DNA from: Oscillospiraceae bacterium | GTDB taxonomy: Bacteria > Bacillota > Clostridia > Oscillospirales > QAMX01 | Length of the DNA stretch: 64,000 nt | NCBI GenBank assembly: GCA_015067705.1 | Contig: SVLW01000001.1 | Coordinates: 8,653-72,652, forward strand | Direction: 5' to 3' | Part shown: one piece after another, positions 16,749 to 28,100 of the stretch | How positions within the stretch are numbered: the first letter of the stretch is position 1 | Layout of the letters: each line of letters opens with the position of its first letter | Translations under genes and position numbers: made by a program | Notes under the pieces: model-generated | The model's database searches: none | Told to the model about the DNA's origin: nothing | What the model saw: the letters and a program-made list of their open reading frames with translations, nothing else

Positions 16749-17657
16749 TTTCTGATTGACAAGAAGCAGGGTGCCGTCCACCAGATAGCGGATATTCCGT
16801 TCCTCCATCACGGTGTCGCGCTTTGTGTGGATGCGGTCCAGATAGAGACCGCACACCCGACTCCGCTTGAAGGCGGCGAAGGCCACAGACACGGGGAAAT
16901 TGGCCTGGTCGGAGGGATAGATAGTGGTGGATGATTTTTCAAATGCCACGGTCTTGCCCTCGGGCGTCTCGCCATAGGCGGCGCGCAGAGCGTCCTCGTG
17001 GGCAGCGCGGGCCTTTTTATTCGCAATCACCAGGAAATGGTCGCCGTCGGAGACACAGTCAAAATTAAGAAGCAGTTTTCCCTTCATCTCGGCTTTATGC
17101 CGCTTTGCAAACTGCGCGGAACCGATTAGACCGGATTCCTCTAAATCGAAGAACACAAAGGCCGTTCTGCGGCGCTCTTCTTCGCTCATTGCGGCAAAGC
17201 ATTCCAGCAGCGTGATCACGCCGGAGGTGTTATCATTCACCGTGTGCCGATTGGCGGGGCCCGCCATCATGAGCACCAACAGGACGAAATACGCCGCCAG
17301 CACCAGCCAGTACGTCACCTCCCCCGGTACACCGGCCAGCGTGAGGAAAAAGGAGAGCAGAAAGGAAATGCCAAAAAGCGGGATCAAGAGCAGCAGTTGA
17401 TATGCCAGATAGCAGAGGAAATTCTTCGGCGTCAGGAAATTGGGAAAGGGCAGACGAGCACAGGTGTCGTAATGAGCACCCAGAACCACATCGGCCTCCG
17501 CCACGTTACCCAACACCAGATTCCGAACACCGAATTTTCCCTGTTCCACCTGCAGATCCGGAAATTCCGCCTGCAGAAACGCGATGAAGTCCGTTTTCTG
17601 CTGACGGGTTTTCCGCACCTGCCAGGTTTCCAAAATCGTACGGGACAGTTCCGTCAT
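16746..17657 (-). CDS. M28-family zinc peptidase with internal TM segments
   Basis: VVLGAHYDT, VNDNTSGVITLLE and FVFFDLEESGLIGS are the M28 metal-ligand blocks. Hydrophobic helices sit between them. AAGGAGG lies upstream. Confidence 0.75.
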   Translation of the reverse strand: MTELSRTILETWQVRKTRQQKTDFIAFLQAEFPDLQVEQGKFGVRNLVLGNVAEADVVLGAHYDTCARLPFPNFLTPKNFLCYLAYQLLLLIPLFGISFLLSFFLTLAGVPGEVTYWLVLAAYFVLLVLMMAGPANRHTVNDNTSGVITLLECFAAMSEEERRRTAFVFFDLEESGLIGSAQFAKRHKAEMKGKLLLNFDCVSDGDHFLVIANKKARAAHEDALRAAYGETPEGKTVAFEKSSTTIYPSDQANFPVSVAFAAFKRSRVCGLYLDRIHTKRDTVMEERNIRYLVDGTLLLVNQK

Positions 17658-17669
17658 AGGAATGCCTCC

Positions 17670-19616
17670 TTACAGGCGCTCGCGCACCCAGACGGTCATT
17701 TCCGCCGGGCCGCGGTTTGCCCATGCGTAATAGGGAATGAAGTGCAGAGGACGGGCGGAGAAGGCCGGAGCCTTCTGCTCGGTATAGAGCTCGTCCTCGT
17801 CCCAGTCGGCGATTCCCAGCTCGTATCCTGCGGTATCCAGAGACACGATGCCGCCCAGGGTCTCAGGCTCCCACTGCGTAGTGAAGGCGGCGTTTGCGTC
17901 CATATAGACGCGGGCCAGGTGCGGGCCGTTGTCCGGCTCCTCCAGGCAGTAAACCACCGGGCCGCGCATGACGGCGATCTTGCCGACATTTTCGGCCACC
18001 TTGGGATTCGCGCGCACGGTGACAACCGGCATCTCAAGCGTCAGGGTCACCTGGTCGCCGGCCTGCCAGTCGCGGGTGAGATAGAGATAGCCATCCTGCG
18101 GCGCGGCAGTCACGGTCTCGCCGTTCACGAGAACCGTGTACTGACGGCACCAGCCGGGGATCCGCAGCGCCAGAGTCATCGCGGCGGGCGCGGCATCCAC
18201 AGTCATCTGGATGGTGCCGTCCCAGGGATAATTCGTGGTCATGGAGAGGGCGGCCTCGCCGGAGGTGAGGGCGGTCTTCATTTCGTTGGTGGTGTAGAGG
18301 TTTACATAAACCGTATCGTCACAAGTGTGATAGAGATACCCCGGCAGAGAGGCGATGAGGCGGCCCAGGTTGGGCGGGCAGCAGGCGCAGCCGAACCACT
18401 TCTGACGCTCCGGCTTCACATGGCGGAACTGATGGTTATGGGCGCACTTGGCGGGATCCACTTCCAGGGGGTTCACATAGAAGAACTTGGTGCCGTCTAA
18501 GGACATACCGCTGATGGAACCGTTATAGAGCACGCGCTCCATCACATCGGCATACTCGCCCCGGGGCGCCAGGCGCAGCATCCGCTGGGCAAAGAAGGCC
18601 ATGGAAATCGCGGCACAGGTCTCGCCATAGACCAGATCGTTGGGCAGGTCATAGTCAAAGGTGAAGGACTCGGCAATAGAGGACTGGCCCACGGTGCCGG
18701 TGATGTACATCTGGCGGCGGGTGATATTGTACCACAGGCGGCGGCAGGCCTCGGCAAGGCTCTCGTCTCCGGTGAGGCGGGCCACATCCGCCATACCGGA
18801 ATAGAGATATCCGGCACGCACCGCATGGCCTTCGGCAGCGGTCTGCTCCCGGACGGGCACATCGGCCTGGTAATACTTCAGATTAAAGGGAGACTCCGGC
18901 TTCACCTGCAGGCCGCGTTTTTCGGTCTCCACCTCGAAATGGTTGGGAGACTGGCCGCGCTCATTCACAAAATAGGCGGCCAGGGCCAGATGAGCGGGAT
19001 CCTGCGTGATCTCATAAAGCTTGCACAGCGCCATTTCCAGCACTTCGTGGCCGGGATAGCCGTGGATCTTGCCCTCTTCCGGGCCGATCACGGAGGCGAT
19101 GTGGGCCACATTGCGGATCATCACGTCCAGCAGGGTACGCTTGCCGGTGGCATGGTAATAGGCCACGGCGGCCTCCAGCATATGACCGGCGCAGTACATC
19201 TCGTGGTTATCCTTGGTGTTGGTCCAACGGTTTTCAATGCCAGTGAGAATATAATAGGTGTCGATATAACCGTCCGGCAGCTGGGCGCGGCGCACCAGTT
19301 CGATGGCCTCGTCTACGGTTTTTTCCAGTTCTGCGTCGGGATTCCAGTAAAGGGTATAGGCGGCGGCCTCGATCCACTTGGCAAGGTCGCTGTCCTGGAA
19401 CACCATGCCGCCGTGCTCGCCAGTCTCTACGCCCGCGGCGATGCGGAAATTCCGCATACAATAGCTGGGCGCGGCGTCCGGGATCTCGTCATTGAGTGCC
19501 TTCCACTGATAAGGCAGAAGCTTTTCCACGGTGATCTTCATGAGATTGCTGAAGAAAGAGTCATGCACCGTGACATTCGGGATGGCTACGGGAGTCGTCA
19601 ATTTCCGCTGATCCAT
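17670..19616 (-). CDS. Glycoside hydrolase family 127 (beta-L-arabinofuranosidase, DUF1680)
   Basis: FFSNLMKITVEKLLPYQWKALND, DSDLAKWIEAAAY, GHEVLEMAL, ETCAAISMAFFAQRM and CACCPPNLGRL resemble the HypBA1 family, including its Cys-rich active-site region. Confidence 0.85.
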   Translation of the reverse strand: MDQRKLTTPVAIPNVTVHDSFFSNLMKITVEKLLPYQWKALNDEIPDAAPSYCMRNFRIAAGVETGEHGGMVFQDSDLAKWIEAAAYTLYWNPDAELEKTVDEAIELVRRAQLPDGYIDTYYILTGIENRWTNTKDNHEMYCAGHMLEAAVAYYHATGKRTLLDVMIRNVAHIASVIGPEEGKIHGYPGHEVLEMALCKLYEITQDPAHLALAAYFVNERGQSPNHFEVETEKRGLQVKPESPFNLKYYQADVPVREQTAAEGHAVRAGYLYSGMADVARLTGDESLAEACRRLWYNITRRQMYITGTVGQSSIAESFTFDYDLPNDLVYGETCAAISMAFFAQRMLRLAPRGEYADVMERVLYNGSISGMSLDGTKFFYVNPLEVDPAKCAHNHQFRHVKPERQKWFGCACCPPNLGRLIASLPGYLYHTCDDTVYVNLYTTNEMKTALTSGEAALSMTTNYPWDGTIQMTVDAAPAAMTLALRIPGWCRQYTVLVNGETVTAAPQDGYLYLTRDWQAGDQVTLTLEMPVVTVRANPKVAENVGKIAVMRGPVVYCLEEPDNGPHLARVYMDANAAFTTQWEPETLGGIVSLDTAGYELGIADWDEDELYTEQKAPAFSARPLHFIPYYAWANRGPAEMTVWVRERL

Positions 19617-19652
19617 AAGTAATCCTCCATATGATAAAATTTTTCTTGTCTC

Positions 19653-20582
19653 TCAAAGTCGGACCCATCCGACAAAGCCGTCTTTTTTTGCTAAAATCCG
19701 GTCAGAGAAGCGCTTCACCACGCCGACCTCGTCGCCGGGGGACAGGGGCAGGAAATAGTCCGTGCCGCCGGGGCCCACGAAGGTATTTCCCTCCTGGTCC
19801 GGCCAGACCACACCATATGGCAGCTCCAGCTCCCGCCCGCTCTTCACATGGCGCCAGAGCGCCACCTCGCCGCGATCCTCCAGGCGCTCGACATAGCGCT
19901 CTTCCCAGGTGATGTTAATGGGGTTTTCCGTGGCGTCCTGCGCCTTCTCCACGATCATCTTCGGCAGGGGATCCACCGCGGCAAACCCGACTTCCCCATT
20001 TTGGATCAGCAGAGCATTCATCTGGGCATCACCGCGGACGCCCATGCCGCCGTCAATGCCGATGACGCGCTTTTCCTCCGAGATAAAGGGATTGCAGCAG
20101 GCGATCTCGTGGCAGAAATGCTCCACCGGGAAATGGCCCACGATCTGCCATTTGTCAAAGCCTGGGGTTTTCTCAATATAATTATCAAATTTCATGCAGG
20201 AATAGGCATCAAAAGCCGTGTAATCCCGGGAAGGCAGACCGCCGTGAACAAAGATCCAGTCCTCAGTCTCAATGATGTTGGGCAGGCCGTCGATCCACTC
20301 CCCCGCGGCATCCTCCATATAGTCGAATTTCCAGTCACAGTTGCCGCGCAGGATGTGGACGTTTGAAAGCGGACGCAGCTCGTCATAAATATAATGAAAG
20401 GTCTCCTCCGGCTGCGGGCCTTTTAAGAAGAGATCGCCCACCAGAAAAAGCTCATCTTCCGCGGAAAAACCCACTTTTGCAAGGATTTCACGGAAGGTAT
20501 CGAGACAGCCGTGGATATCGCTGATGGCGATGATGCGGCGCTCCCGGGGGACGGAGAGATACTGTACAATCGGCAGAGACAT
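19653..20582 (-). CDS. PPP-family metallophosphoesterase with a C-terminal SH3-like domain
   Basis: IIAISDIHGCLD, LFLVGDLFLKGP, LRGNCD and FVHGG are the calcineurin-like phosphoesterase motifs. ATG 20582 follows AGGAAAGGA. Confidence 0.75.
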   Translation of the reverse strand: MSLPIVQYLSVPRERRIIAISDIHGCLDTFREILAKVGFSAEDELFLVGDLFLKGPQPEETFHYIYDELRPLSNVHILRGNCDWKFDYMEDAAGEWIDGLPNIIETEDWIFVHGGLPSRDYTAFDAYSCMKFDNYIEKTPGFDKWQIVGHFPVEHFCHEIACCNPFISEEKRVIGIDGGMGVRGDAQMNALLIQNGEVGFAAVDPLPKMIVEKAQDATENPINITWEERYVERLEDRGEVALWRHVKSGRELELPYGVVWPDQEGNTFVGPGGTDYFLPLSPGDEVGVVKRFSDRILAKKDGFVGWVRL

Positions 20583-20753
20583 GAGGGTATTCCTTTCCTG
20601 ATTACTTATCCTCATCATAGCACAGCCCCCTCCTGAATGCAACGAAAAAGCCCGAACTGTGTCAGAGATTCTCTTCTCCCCGGGCATTCTTGCTTTTCCA
20701 TCGGAAAAATGCTACACTGCATGATAGAACGTACTGGAAAGGAGCATCCCCTT

Positions 20754-21341
20754 ATGAAACCGGATCTCTCGGCATTCCGCTGGACCCGTCAGCCAAAGGC
20801 CTATCAGATCACTGAAAACGGCATTACCATCACCACCGAAGCGAACACCGATCTCTGGCAGCGCACCTATTATGGCTTTCAGAACGACAATGCCCCGGTG
20901 TTCCAGATGACGACCGACGAAGCGTATTTTTCTTTTCTGGTAAAGACCGAGTTCGACAGCTCGCGGCGCTATGACCAGTGCGGTGTGGTGCTTTATCTGG
21001 ACAGCGAGAACTGGCTGAAGGCCTCCATCGAATACGAAAACGAGAGCTGTCAGCGTCTGGGCAGTGTGGTCACCAATCACGGCTATTCCGACTGGGCAAC
21101 CACGGATATCCCCGCCTCTGTGCGCGCCATGTGGTATCGGCTCAGCCGCCGCGGCTCTGACTACTGCATCGAGTGCTCCGACGACGGCATCACCTTCCAC
21201 CAGATGCGGATCTGTCATCTGTGGGAGGGCGGCGGAACGATCCGCTTCGGCATCTATGCCTGTTCGCCGGAGGAATCCTCCTTTGAGGCACGATTTACAG
21301 AGCTTTCGCTGACGGAATGCCAGTGGAAGGCCCATGTCTGA
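20754..21341 (+). CDS. DUF1349-family protein (concanavalin-like fold)
   Basis: FRWTRQPKAYQITENGITITTEANTDLWQRTYYGF...YDQCGVVLYLDSENWLKASIEYE matches my memory of DUF1349. ATG 20754 follows GGAAAGGAG. Confidence 0.65.
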   Translation: MKPDLSAFRWTRQPKAYQITENGITITTEANTDLWQRTYYGFQNDNAPVFQMTTDEAYFSFLVKTEFDSSRRYDQCGVVLYLDSENWLKASIEYENESCQRLGSVVTNHGYSDWATTDIPASVRAMWYRLSRRGSDYCIECSDDGITFHQMRICHLWEGGGTIRFGIYACSPEESSFEARFTELSLTECQWKAHV

Positions 21342-21361
21342 CGGATTCCCTTCCCTTTTCA

Positions 21362-21391
21362 TTGACAAGACACCCCGATTTGCGGTATAAT
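21362..21391 (+). promoter_or_regulatory. Sigma-A promoter of rnpB
   Basis: TTGACA (21362-21367), 18 nt, TATAAT (21386-21391), just upstream of the P1 helix. Confidence 0.7.
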
Positions 21392-21396
21392 AATTT

Positions 21397-21760
21397 GGTG
21401 AGTAAGCTGGACAATCGCGCCCGGTATGCCGAAAGGTTCCCGGGTGAGGAAAGTCCGGGCTCCATAGGGCAAGGATAACGGATAACGTCCGCCGAAGGCA
21501 ACTTCAGGAAAAGTGCAACAGAGATATACCGCCGGGGCTTCGCCCCGGTAAGGGTGGAAAGGCGAGGTAAGAGCTCACCGGCTTCCCTGGAAACTTGGAA
21601 GCCCTGTAAACTCTATCCGGAGCAACACCGCAGTGGGGAGTCCGCGAAAGCGGAGACTTGCCCGGTCAATTCCCCCAGGGTGGCATGGACATGTGCGGCA
21701 ACGTACATGCAAGATAGATGATTGTCCACGACAGAACCCGGCTTACAGGCTTACTCACAA
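21397..21760 (+). ncRNA. rnpB: RNase P RNA (bacterial)
   Basis: GAGGAAAGTCCGGGCTCC (21446-21463) and ACAGAACCCGGCTTA (21731-21745) are the universally conserved P4 strands. The terminal helix pairs GGTGAGTAAGC with GCTTACTCAC. Confidence 0.9.
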
Positions 21761-21773
21761 CATCAAAATCAAA

Positions 21774-21812
21774 AAGCCGGCGCGTGTTTTCACGCACCGG
21801 CTTTTCATTTTT
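21774..21812 (+). terminator. Terminator of rnpB
   Basis: GCCGGCGCGTG-tttt-CACGCACCGGC followed by TTTTCATTTTT. It ends 15 nt before the addB start codon. Confidence 0.8.
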
Positions 21813-21826
21813 CAGGAGGCAAAATC

Positions 21827-24800
21827 ATGCTCACATTGGTGCTGGGCCGTCAGGGCAGCGGAAAAAGCGAAACCCTCTACCGCGCGGCGGCAGAGGCGGC
21901 GAGACGCGGCGTGCGGCGGCAGATCTTTCTGGTGCCGGAGACCCATTCCCACGAGGCCGAGCGGCGGCTCATCGAGCTGGGCGGCGACAGCATTTCCCTG
22001 TCCTGTGAGGTCTTAACCTTCCGGCGGCTCTCTAACCGCGTGTTCGCGGAACACGGTGGTCTGGCCGACCGGATCCTCGATGACGGCGGCCGCATTCTCC
22101 TGATGCAGCAGGCCGCCGCCCAGGTGCGCAGCGCCATGCAGTATTATCTCGGCACCCCCAGTCCGGAGCTTTTAGATGGCTTTGTCCGGATCGTGGACGA
22201 GTTCAAAAGCTGCTGTCTTTCGGGCGAGGTGCTCTCCCAGCTTCTGACGGAGCTGGATCCTGTGCTGCGCGCGAAGCTGCAGGATCTGATGCTGATCCGG
22301 GACGCCTATGACGCGGCATGCGCGGGTCGGTTTCTGGATCCCCGGGACGAGATGACCCGGCTTTCTGATGCGGTGCGCGCGCTTGACTGGTTCCGGGGCC
22401 GGCGGGTGTATATCGACGGCTTCTCCGGCTTTACGCCCCAGGAGTATGAGATTCTCTCCGCCCTTTCTCATGCCGACGTGATGGCGGCGCTGGACTTTGA
22501 CCCACAGGATCCGGACGCCGATCTCTTCTTAAAAAGCCGGGAGACGGCGGCGCGCCTGGTGCGTGTGGTGGGCGATGGGCGATATGAGACCATTCCCCTC
22601 TCCCCGCCCCGGCGTCCCGGCGATTTACAGTGCCTGGAAGAATCCCTCTTCACCTATGCCCCTACTGCCTACCCGGTGGAACCCACGCATATCGAGCTTC
22701 GTGCCGCATCCGGGATTTTTTCGGAATGCGAGCACGCCGCGGCCCGCATCTGCGGGCTTTTGCGGGAAGGATACCGCCTGCGGGATATCGTGGTGGTTTC
22801 CGGCGATTTTGAGAACTACCGTCTGGCGCTGGAGTCCGCGCTGGAACGCTTTGCGATTCCCTACTACATTACTCAGAAAACCGATCTCCGGGTGAAATCC
22901 GTCACGGCGCTGGTTCTGCGGGCGGTGCGGATCGCCTCATCCGGCTTCCGGCACGAGGACGTGTTCTCTTACTTAAAAACCGGGCTCACCGGGATCCCTC
23001 AGGAGGATGTGGATTTCCTCGAGAATTACTGTCTCATGTGGCGGGTGAAGCCCGGCCAGTGGACCAGTGAGCTGCCCTGGGGCATGAATCCCGCGGGCTT
23101 TGGCCAGCCGCTTACCGAGGAGGGAGAGGCGCGTCTTGCCCGGGTGAATGCTATCCGGGAGGCTGTACGCACGCCGCTTCTGACGCTTTCCCGGCGTCTG
23201 CGGGCAGAGATCCCCGCCATCGAAAAAGTGCGCGCGGTCTATGACTTTACGGTAGAGATCGCGCTGCCGGACGCCATTGCCGAACGCGCCGCAGTCTGTA
23301 CAGCGGCAGGAGAACTGACCCAGGCAGACGAATACCGCCAGTTGTGGGATGTGTTCTGCCGGTGTCTGGACAGCTTTGCGGACATTTCCGCCGATCGTCT
23401 GCTCTCGGCCCAGGAATTTGAAAAACTCTTTACGCTGATTCTCTCCCGCTATGATATCGGCACGATCCCGCCATCCATTGACCGAGTGGCCTGCGGCGAT
23501 CTGTCCCGGCTGCGGGCGACGGATGCCAGGGTGGTGCTGCTTCTGGGCGCCCGGGACGGCGCCTTCCCCGCCTCCGGCAGCAGCGACGGCTTACTCACCG
23601 ATTCCGACCGGGACGAGCTGCAGTCCTATAGACTGGAGCTCTCCTACACGGCGGACAGTCGGGACGCGGACAATCTTTTGGAGGCCTATCACGCACTGAC
23701 CAAGGCCCGGGAGCGGCTGATCCTCTCCTATTCCGAGGCGGATGCCTCCGGCGCGGTGATTCGTCCGGCCTATTTCCTGCGGCGGCTGATGAATCTGTTC
23801 CCGCGACTGCCCCTGCGGCGCATTTCCGGGCAGGACGACCGTCATCTTCTGGAATCCGCTGCCACCGCGCCGGACTACGCGGCAGCCCATGGCGGCGAGG
23901 CCGAGGCGCAGATCCTTTCGATCCTGTCCGAGCGGCAGGACGGCGATGACCTGGCGCTGCCCGTCCATCCCGATACCCTGCTCGCCGAGGACCGGATCTC
24001 AAAAGATGCCGTACAGGCCCTTTACGGGCCGGATCTCCGACTCAGCGCCACGCGGCTGGATGCCTTCAACACCTGCCGCTTCTCCTACTTCTCCCGCTAT
24101 GGTCTGAATCTTCAGCCCCGCCGGGAGGCGGGCTTTGACGCACCTGCCAGAGGCGTGTTCATCCACTATGTCCTGGAGGGCACTGTGCGCCGCGTGCAGG
24201 AGGAGGGCGGATTTACCGCCTGCACCCGGGAACAGGTGCGGGGCTTTGCCGCTGCCTGCGTCAAGGAATACATTGCCCGGGACATCCCGGATTTTGAAAC
24301 GAAATCCGCCCGGTTCCGCTATTTGTTCCAGAGAATCCGTCATTCTCTGGACATTCTCATTGATAATCTTTACGACGAATTCCGGGAGAGCAGCTTCCGG
24401 CCGCTTGATTTCGAGCTGAGTTTTGCCAAAGATCTCCCTCCGGTGCGGATCGAGACGGAGGCGGGGCGCGCCTCTCTCCGGGGTGTGGTGGACCGCGTGG
24501 ACGGCTGGGTGAAGGACGGCGTGCTGTATGTCCGCGTGGTGGACTATAAGAGCGGCCTGAAGACCTTCTCCTACGGCGAGATCTTAAACGGCCTGGGGAT
24601 GCAGATGCCGGTGTACCTCTTTGCCCTGCGGCAGGAGGCGCGGCACTATCTCGCCCGCCATCCCGAGCTGGCGGCGGATGCCATTGTGCCCGCAGGACTT
24701 TTATACACGCCCGCCCGGGCGGAGCCCCACAGCGCCAGTCACGATCTGCCGGACGAAGAACTGGCGCAGAAACTGGAGGCGGAGCTGATGCGCTCCGGCA

Positions 24801-25183
24801 TCATTTTGTCCGACCCTGAGGTGATCGACGCCATGGAGCCGGGCATCACCGGCGAGGGCCGGTTCATCCCGGTCAAGCTCACCCGCACGGGCCAGCACAG
24901 CCAGCAGTCCGATGTGGCGGATGCCGAGCAGTTTGACCTGTTGGAGCGCCATGTACGGCGCATGACGGCGCTGACCGCCCAGCTCATGACCGAAGGGCAT
25001 ATCGATGCCCGCCCCGCCGTCACCCACGGCGTACAGGCCTGTACCTACTGCGATTATCGCAGTGTGTGCTTCTTTGATGAAACCCGGGATCAGGAGCGCA
25101 TCCGGCATATTCCGTCCATGCGGGCGGCGAATTTCTATTCTATTCTGCAGGGAGGGCAAGACCATGGCAGTGAACTGGACTGA
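21827..25183 (+). CDS. addB: ATP-dependent helicase/deoxyribonuclease subunit B (AddB/RexB)
   Basis: The N-terminus MLTLVLGRQGSGKSE is P-loop-like. The C-terminal nuclease domain carries Fe-S cysteines (CRFSYF ... CTYCDYRSVCFFD). It lies immediately upstream of addA, and AGGAGG sits 8 nt upstream of ATG 21827. Confidence 0.9.
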   Translation: MLTLVLGRQGSGKSETLYRAAAEAARRGVRRQIFLVPETHSHEAERRLIELGGDSISLSCEVLTFRRLSNRVFAEHGGLADRILDDGGRILLMQQAAAQVRSAMQYYLGTPSPELLDGFVRIVDEFKSCCLSGEVLSQLLTELDPVLRAKLQDLMLIRDAYDAACAGRFLDPRDEMTRLSDAVRALDWFRGRRVYIDGFSGFTPQEYEILSALSHADVMAALDFDPQDPDADLFLKSRETAARLVRVVGDGRYETIPLSPPRRPGDLQCLEESLFTYAPTAYPVEPTHIELRAASGIFSECEHAAARICGLLREGYRLRDIVVVSGDFENYRLALESALERFAIPYYITQKTDLRVKSVTALVLRAVRIASSGFRHEDVFSYLKTGLTGIPQEDVDFLENYCLMWRVKPGQWTSELPWGMNPAGFGQPLTEEGEARLARVNAIREAVRTPLLTLSRRLRAEIPAIEKVRAVYDFTVEIALPDAIAERAAVCTAAGELTQADEYRQLWDVFCRCLDSFADISADRLLSAQEFEKLFTLILSRYDIGTIPPSIDRVACGDLSRLRATDARVVLLLGARDGAFPASGSSDGLLTDSDRDELQSYRLELSYTADSRDADNLLEAYHALTKARERLILSYSEADASGAVIRPAYFLRRLMNLFPRLPLRRISGQDDRHLLESAATAPDYAAAHGGEAEAQILSILSERQDGDDLALPVHPDTLLAEDRISKDAVQALYGPDLRLSATRLDAFNTCRFSYFSRYGLNLQPRREAGFDAPARGVFIHYVLEGTVRRVQEEGGFTACTREQVRGFAAACVKEYIARDIPDFETKSARFRYLFQRIRHSLDILIDNLYDEFRESSFRPLDFELSFAKDLPPVRIETEAGRASLRGVVDRVDGWVKDGVLYVRVVDYKSGLKTFSYGEILNGLGMQMPVYLFALRQEARHYLARHPELAADAIVPAGLLYTPARAEPHSASHDLPDEELAQKLEAELMRSGIILSDPEVIDAMEPGITGEGRFIPVKLTRTGQHSQQSDVADAEQFDLLERHVRRMTALTAQLMTEGHIDARPAVTHGVQACTYCDYRSVCFFDETRDQERIRHIPSMRAANFYSILQGGQDHGSELD

Positions 25184-28100
25184 GGGCCAGCTGAATGCGA
25201 TCACCCGTCGGGGCGGAGCCCTGCTGGTGTCTGCCGCGGCCGGTTCCGGCAAGACCGCCGTACTGGTAGAGCGCGTGATCCGGCGCATTCTGGACGAGAA
25301 CGACCCCTGCAGCATTGACGAATTTCTGATCGTCACCTTCACCAAGGCCGCCGCGGCGGAGATGAAGGCCAAGATCGCCGACGCCCTGACGGCAAAGCTT
25401 CTGGACGATCCCGGCAGCCGTCGTCTGCGCCGCCAGCTGAGTCTGTTGGATCGGGCGCAGATCACCACGGTGCACTCCTTCTGTGCCTATCTCCTGCGGG
25501 AAAATTTCCAGGCCGCGGGCCTGGCCCCGGATTTCCGGGTGGCGGACGAGGACGAGATCGCCATGCTGCGGGACACTGTGCTGGACGAGATGATCGAAGA
25601 ACGCTATGAGGCGGAAGAGAACGCGGGCTTCCTGATGCTGGTGGAGGCACTCTCCGCCATGCGGGATGACACGCGCCTGCGCAGCGTCCTCATGGAGACC
25701 TATGAAAAAGTACAGAGCCATCCCTATCCGGAGAAATGGCTCTCTGAAATGGCGGCGGCAGAGCCGGAGGAGGATCCCATTACCGGCGTCTATGGCAGGA
25801 TCGTCATGGAATCCATTCTCTCCCGCTGCCGTTGGTCGCTCCTCATGCTGGAGGAAGCCGTGCTGCGCTTTGCAGAGTATCCGCCTGTTGAGAAGGCCTA
25901 CGGCAAGGCCTTTGCCGCCGACCTTGAAAATCTGCGGCAGTTGATCGCCCTTCTGAAGGACGGCGACTGGGACGCCGCGGCGGACTTTGCCAATCACATT
26001 GCCTTTGCACGGCTGGGCGCTGTCCGGGGCTTTGAGGACCCGGTACTTTTGGAGCTGATCAAGGCGCCCCGGGACACCTGGAAAAAGACGCTGGCCACGC
26101 TGTGCCGGGATTATTTCGGCTTTTCGCGCGCACAGCTCTCCGCGGATATGGCGGCGGTGCGGCCCTATGGAGAGGTGCTTTTGTCGCTGGTATCGGAATT
26201 TATCCAGCGGCTGGACGCCGAGAAGCGGATGCGGGGCATCGTGGATTTCGGCGATTTGGAGCATCTGACGGTGCGGATGCTTCTGGGCGAGGATGGGCGC
26301 GAACCCACTCCTATGGCCCATGCGCTCTCGGCCCGGTATACGGAGATCATGGTGGACGAATATCAGGACACCAATGACGTCCAGGACGCCATCTTCCGGG
26401 CGCTGTCCCGGGAAGAACGCAATCTCTTTATGGTGGGCGATATCAAGCAGAGCATATATAGCTTCCGTCTGGCCAATCCCGAGGTGTTTTTGCGGAAATA
26501 TCTCAGCTATCAGGACGACCCCCCGGCGGGCGAGCCCTGCCGCATCGTGCTGGCGCAGAATTTCCGCTCCCGCCGGGAAGTGACAGAGAGCGTCAACTAT
26601 ATTTTTGAAAAGATTATGTCAACCGATCTGGGTGACGTCACCTACGGCGAGGCAGAGCGTCTGGTGCCGGGCGCGGCGTATCCTGCAGGCGAAGGATACG
26701 AAAGTGAGCTTTGTCTGGTGGAGACGGAGGAAGAGGGGGAACTGTCCTCTGCCGAGGCGGATGCCGCCTATGTGGCAGGACGGATCCGGGAGATGCTGGA
26801 CCAAGGCTTCCCGGTGTATGACCGGAATCTCGACGCCATGCGGCCCTGTCGGGCGGAGGATTTTGCCATCCTGCTGCGCAGCGTGAAGAGCAAGGCAGGA
26901 TTTTATGAAGCGGCACTCGCCCGGGCGGGGATTTCTGCCCTGCAGGATGTGGGCGCGGAGCTCTTTTCCTCGCCGGACGTGATGATTCTCATGTCCCTCA
27001 TTGATGTGCTGGACAATCCGGAGCAGGATATTCCTCTGGCGTCCCTGATGCGTTCGCCGCTTTATGGCTTCACGGCGGATGAACTGGCACAGATCCGCGC
27101 CGCCCACCGGGAGGGCAGCTTCCTGCAGGCGGTACAGGAAATGGCAACGTGCGAAGACGCACTTGGTCTGCGCTGCCGCGGGATGCTGGATGCACTGTCT
27201 GCCCTGCGGCGGTCTGCCGCGGATTTATCCGCGGATCGCCTAGTATTGCGGATCCTTCATGAAACCAGACTGGAGGCGGTGTGCAGTCATCTCACCGAGG
27301 GCGGCGGGATGATCCGTGCCTTCCTGGAGCAGGCGCAGCGCTTTGAGCGGGCGGGATACTGCGGCCTTTATCGCTTTGCCCAGATGATGCGCACGCTAAG
27401 GGAGCGGGGCTGTGAAGTAGCGGCGGCGCCGTCGGAGGCCTCCGCCGTGCGGATCATGAGCATTCACAAGTCAAAGGGTCTCGAGTTCCCCATCGTATTC
27501 CTGGCAAATTGCGCCCAGCGATTCAATACCCGGGATCTCACCGAGCCGGTGCTGATCCATCCCACACTGGGTGCGGGTTTCCGCCGCCGTCAGCTGACAC
27601 GGCGCATTGAATATCCTACGCTGCCCCGTCTGGCCATTGCCCTGCAGGCAAAGCGCGAGATGCTTTCTGAGGAGGAGCGCATCCTCTATGTGGCCATGAC
27701 CCGGGCCAAGGAGAAACTCATCGTCACCGCGCCGGTGAAAAATGCGGCGGAACTGGCCGCGAAGCTCTATCCGGACGCCTGTTCGGATCCCATCCCGCCG
27801 CAGATGCTGCTGAATTGCGCGGGAATTCTGCCATGGGTGCTGGTGCCGCTGCTGCGATTGCCCACGGCGGCGCATCTTCTGGCAGAGGGTGGCATCGCCG
27901 CGGCCTTCCCGGATCGGGAAGATCACGCATGGATGCTCCGCAAGGTACGGCCCACCGCGGCAAAGCCCAGAGCGGCCCGGGAGGATGCTCCTGCGGAAGC
28001 GCTGCCGTATGAGGAAGAGGAGCTGGCGGTGCGGCTGCGGTATGAATATCCCTACGGCGCGGCGGCAGATCTGCCGTCCAAGCTGACGGCCACGGCGCTG

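Noticed and set aside
21722-21826. The N-terminal extension of the addB ORF in the track, starting at 21722.
   Set aside because: It would be translated through the 3' part of RNase P RNA and its terminator. ATG 21827 has a proper AGGAGG and gives the canonical AddB N-terminus.
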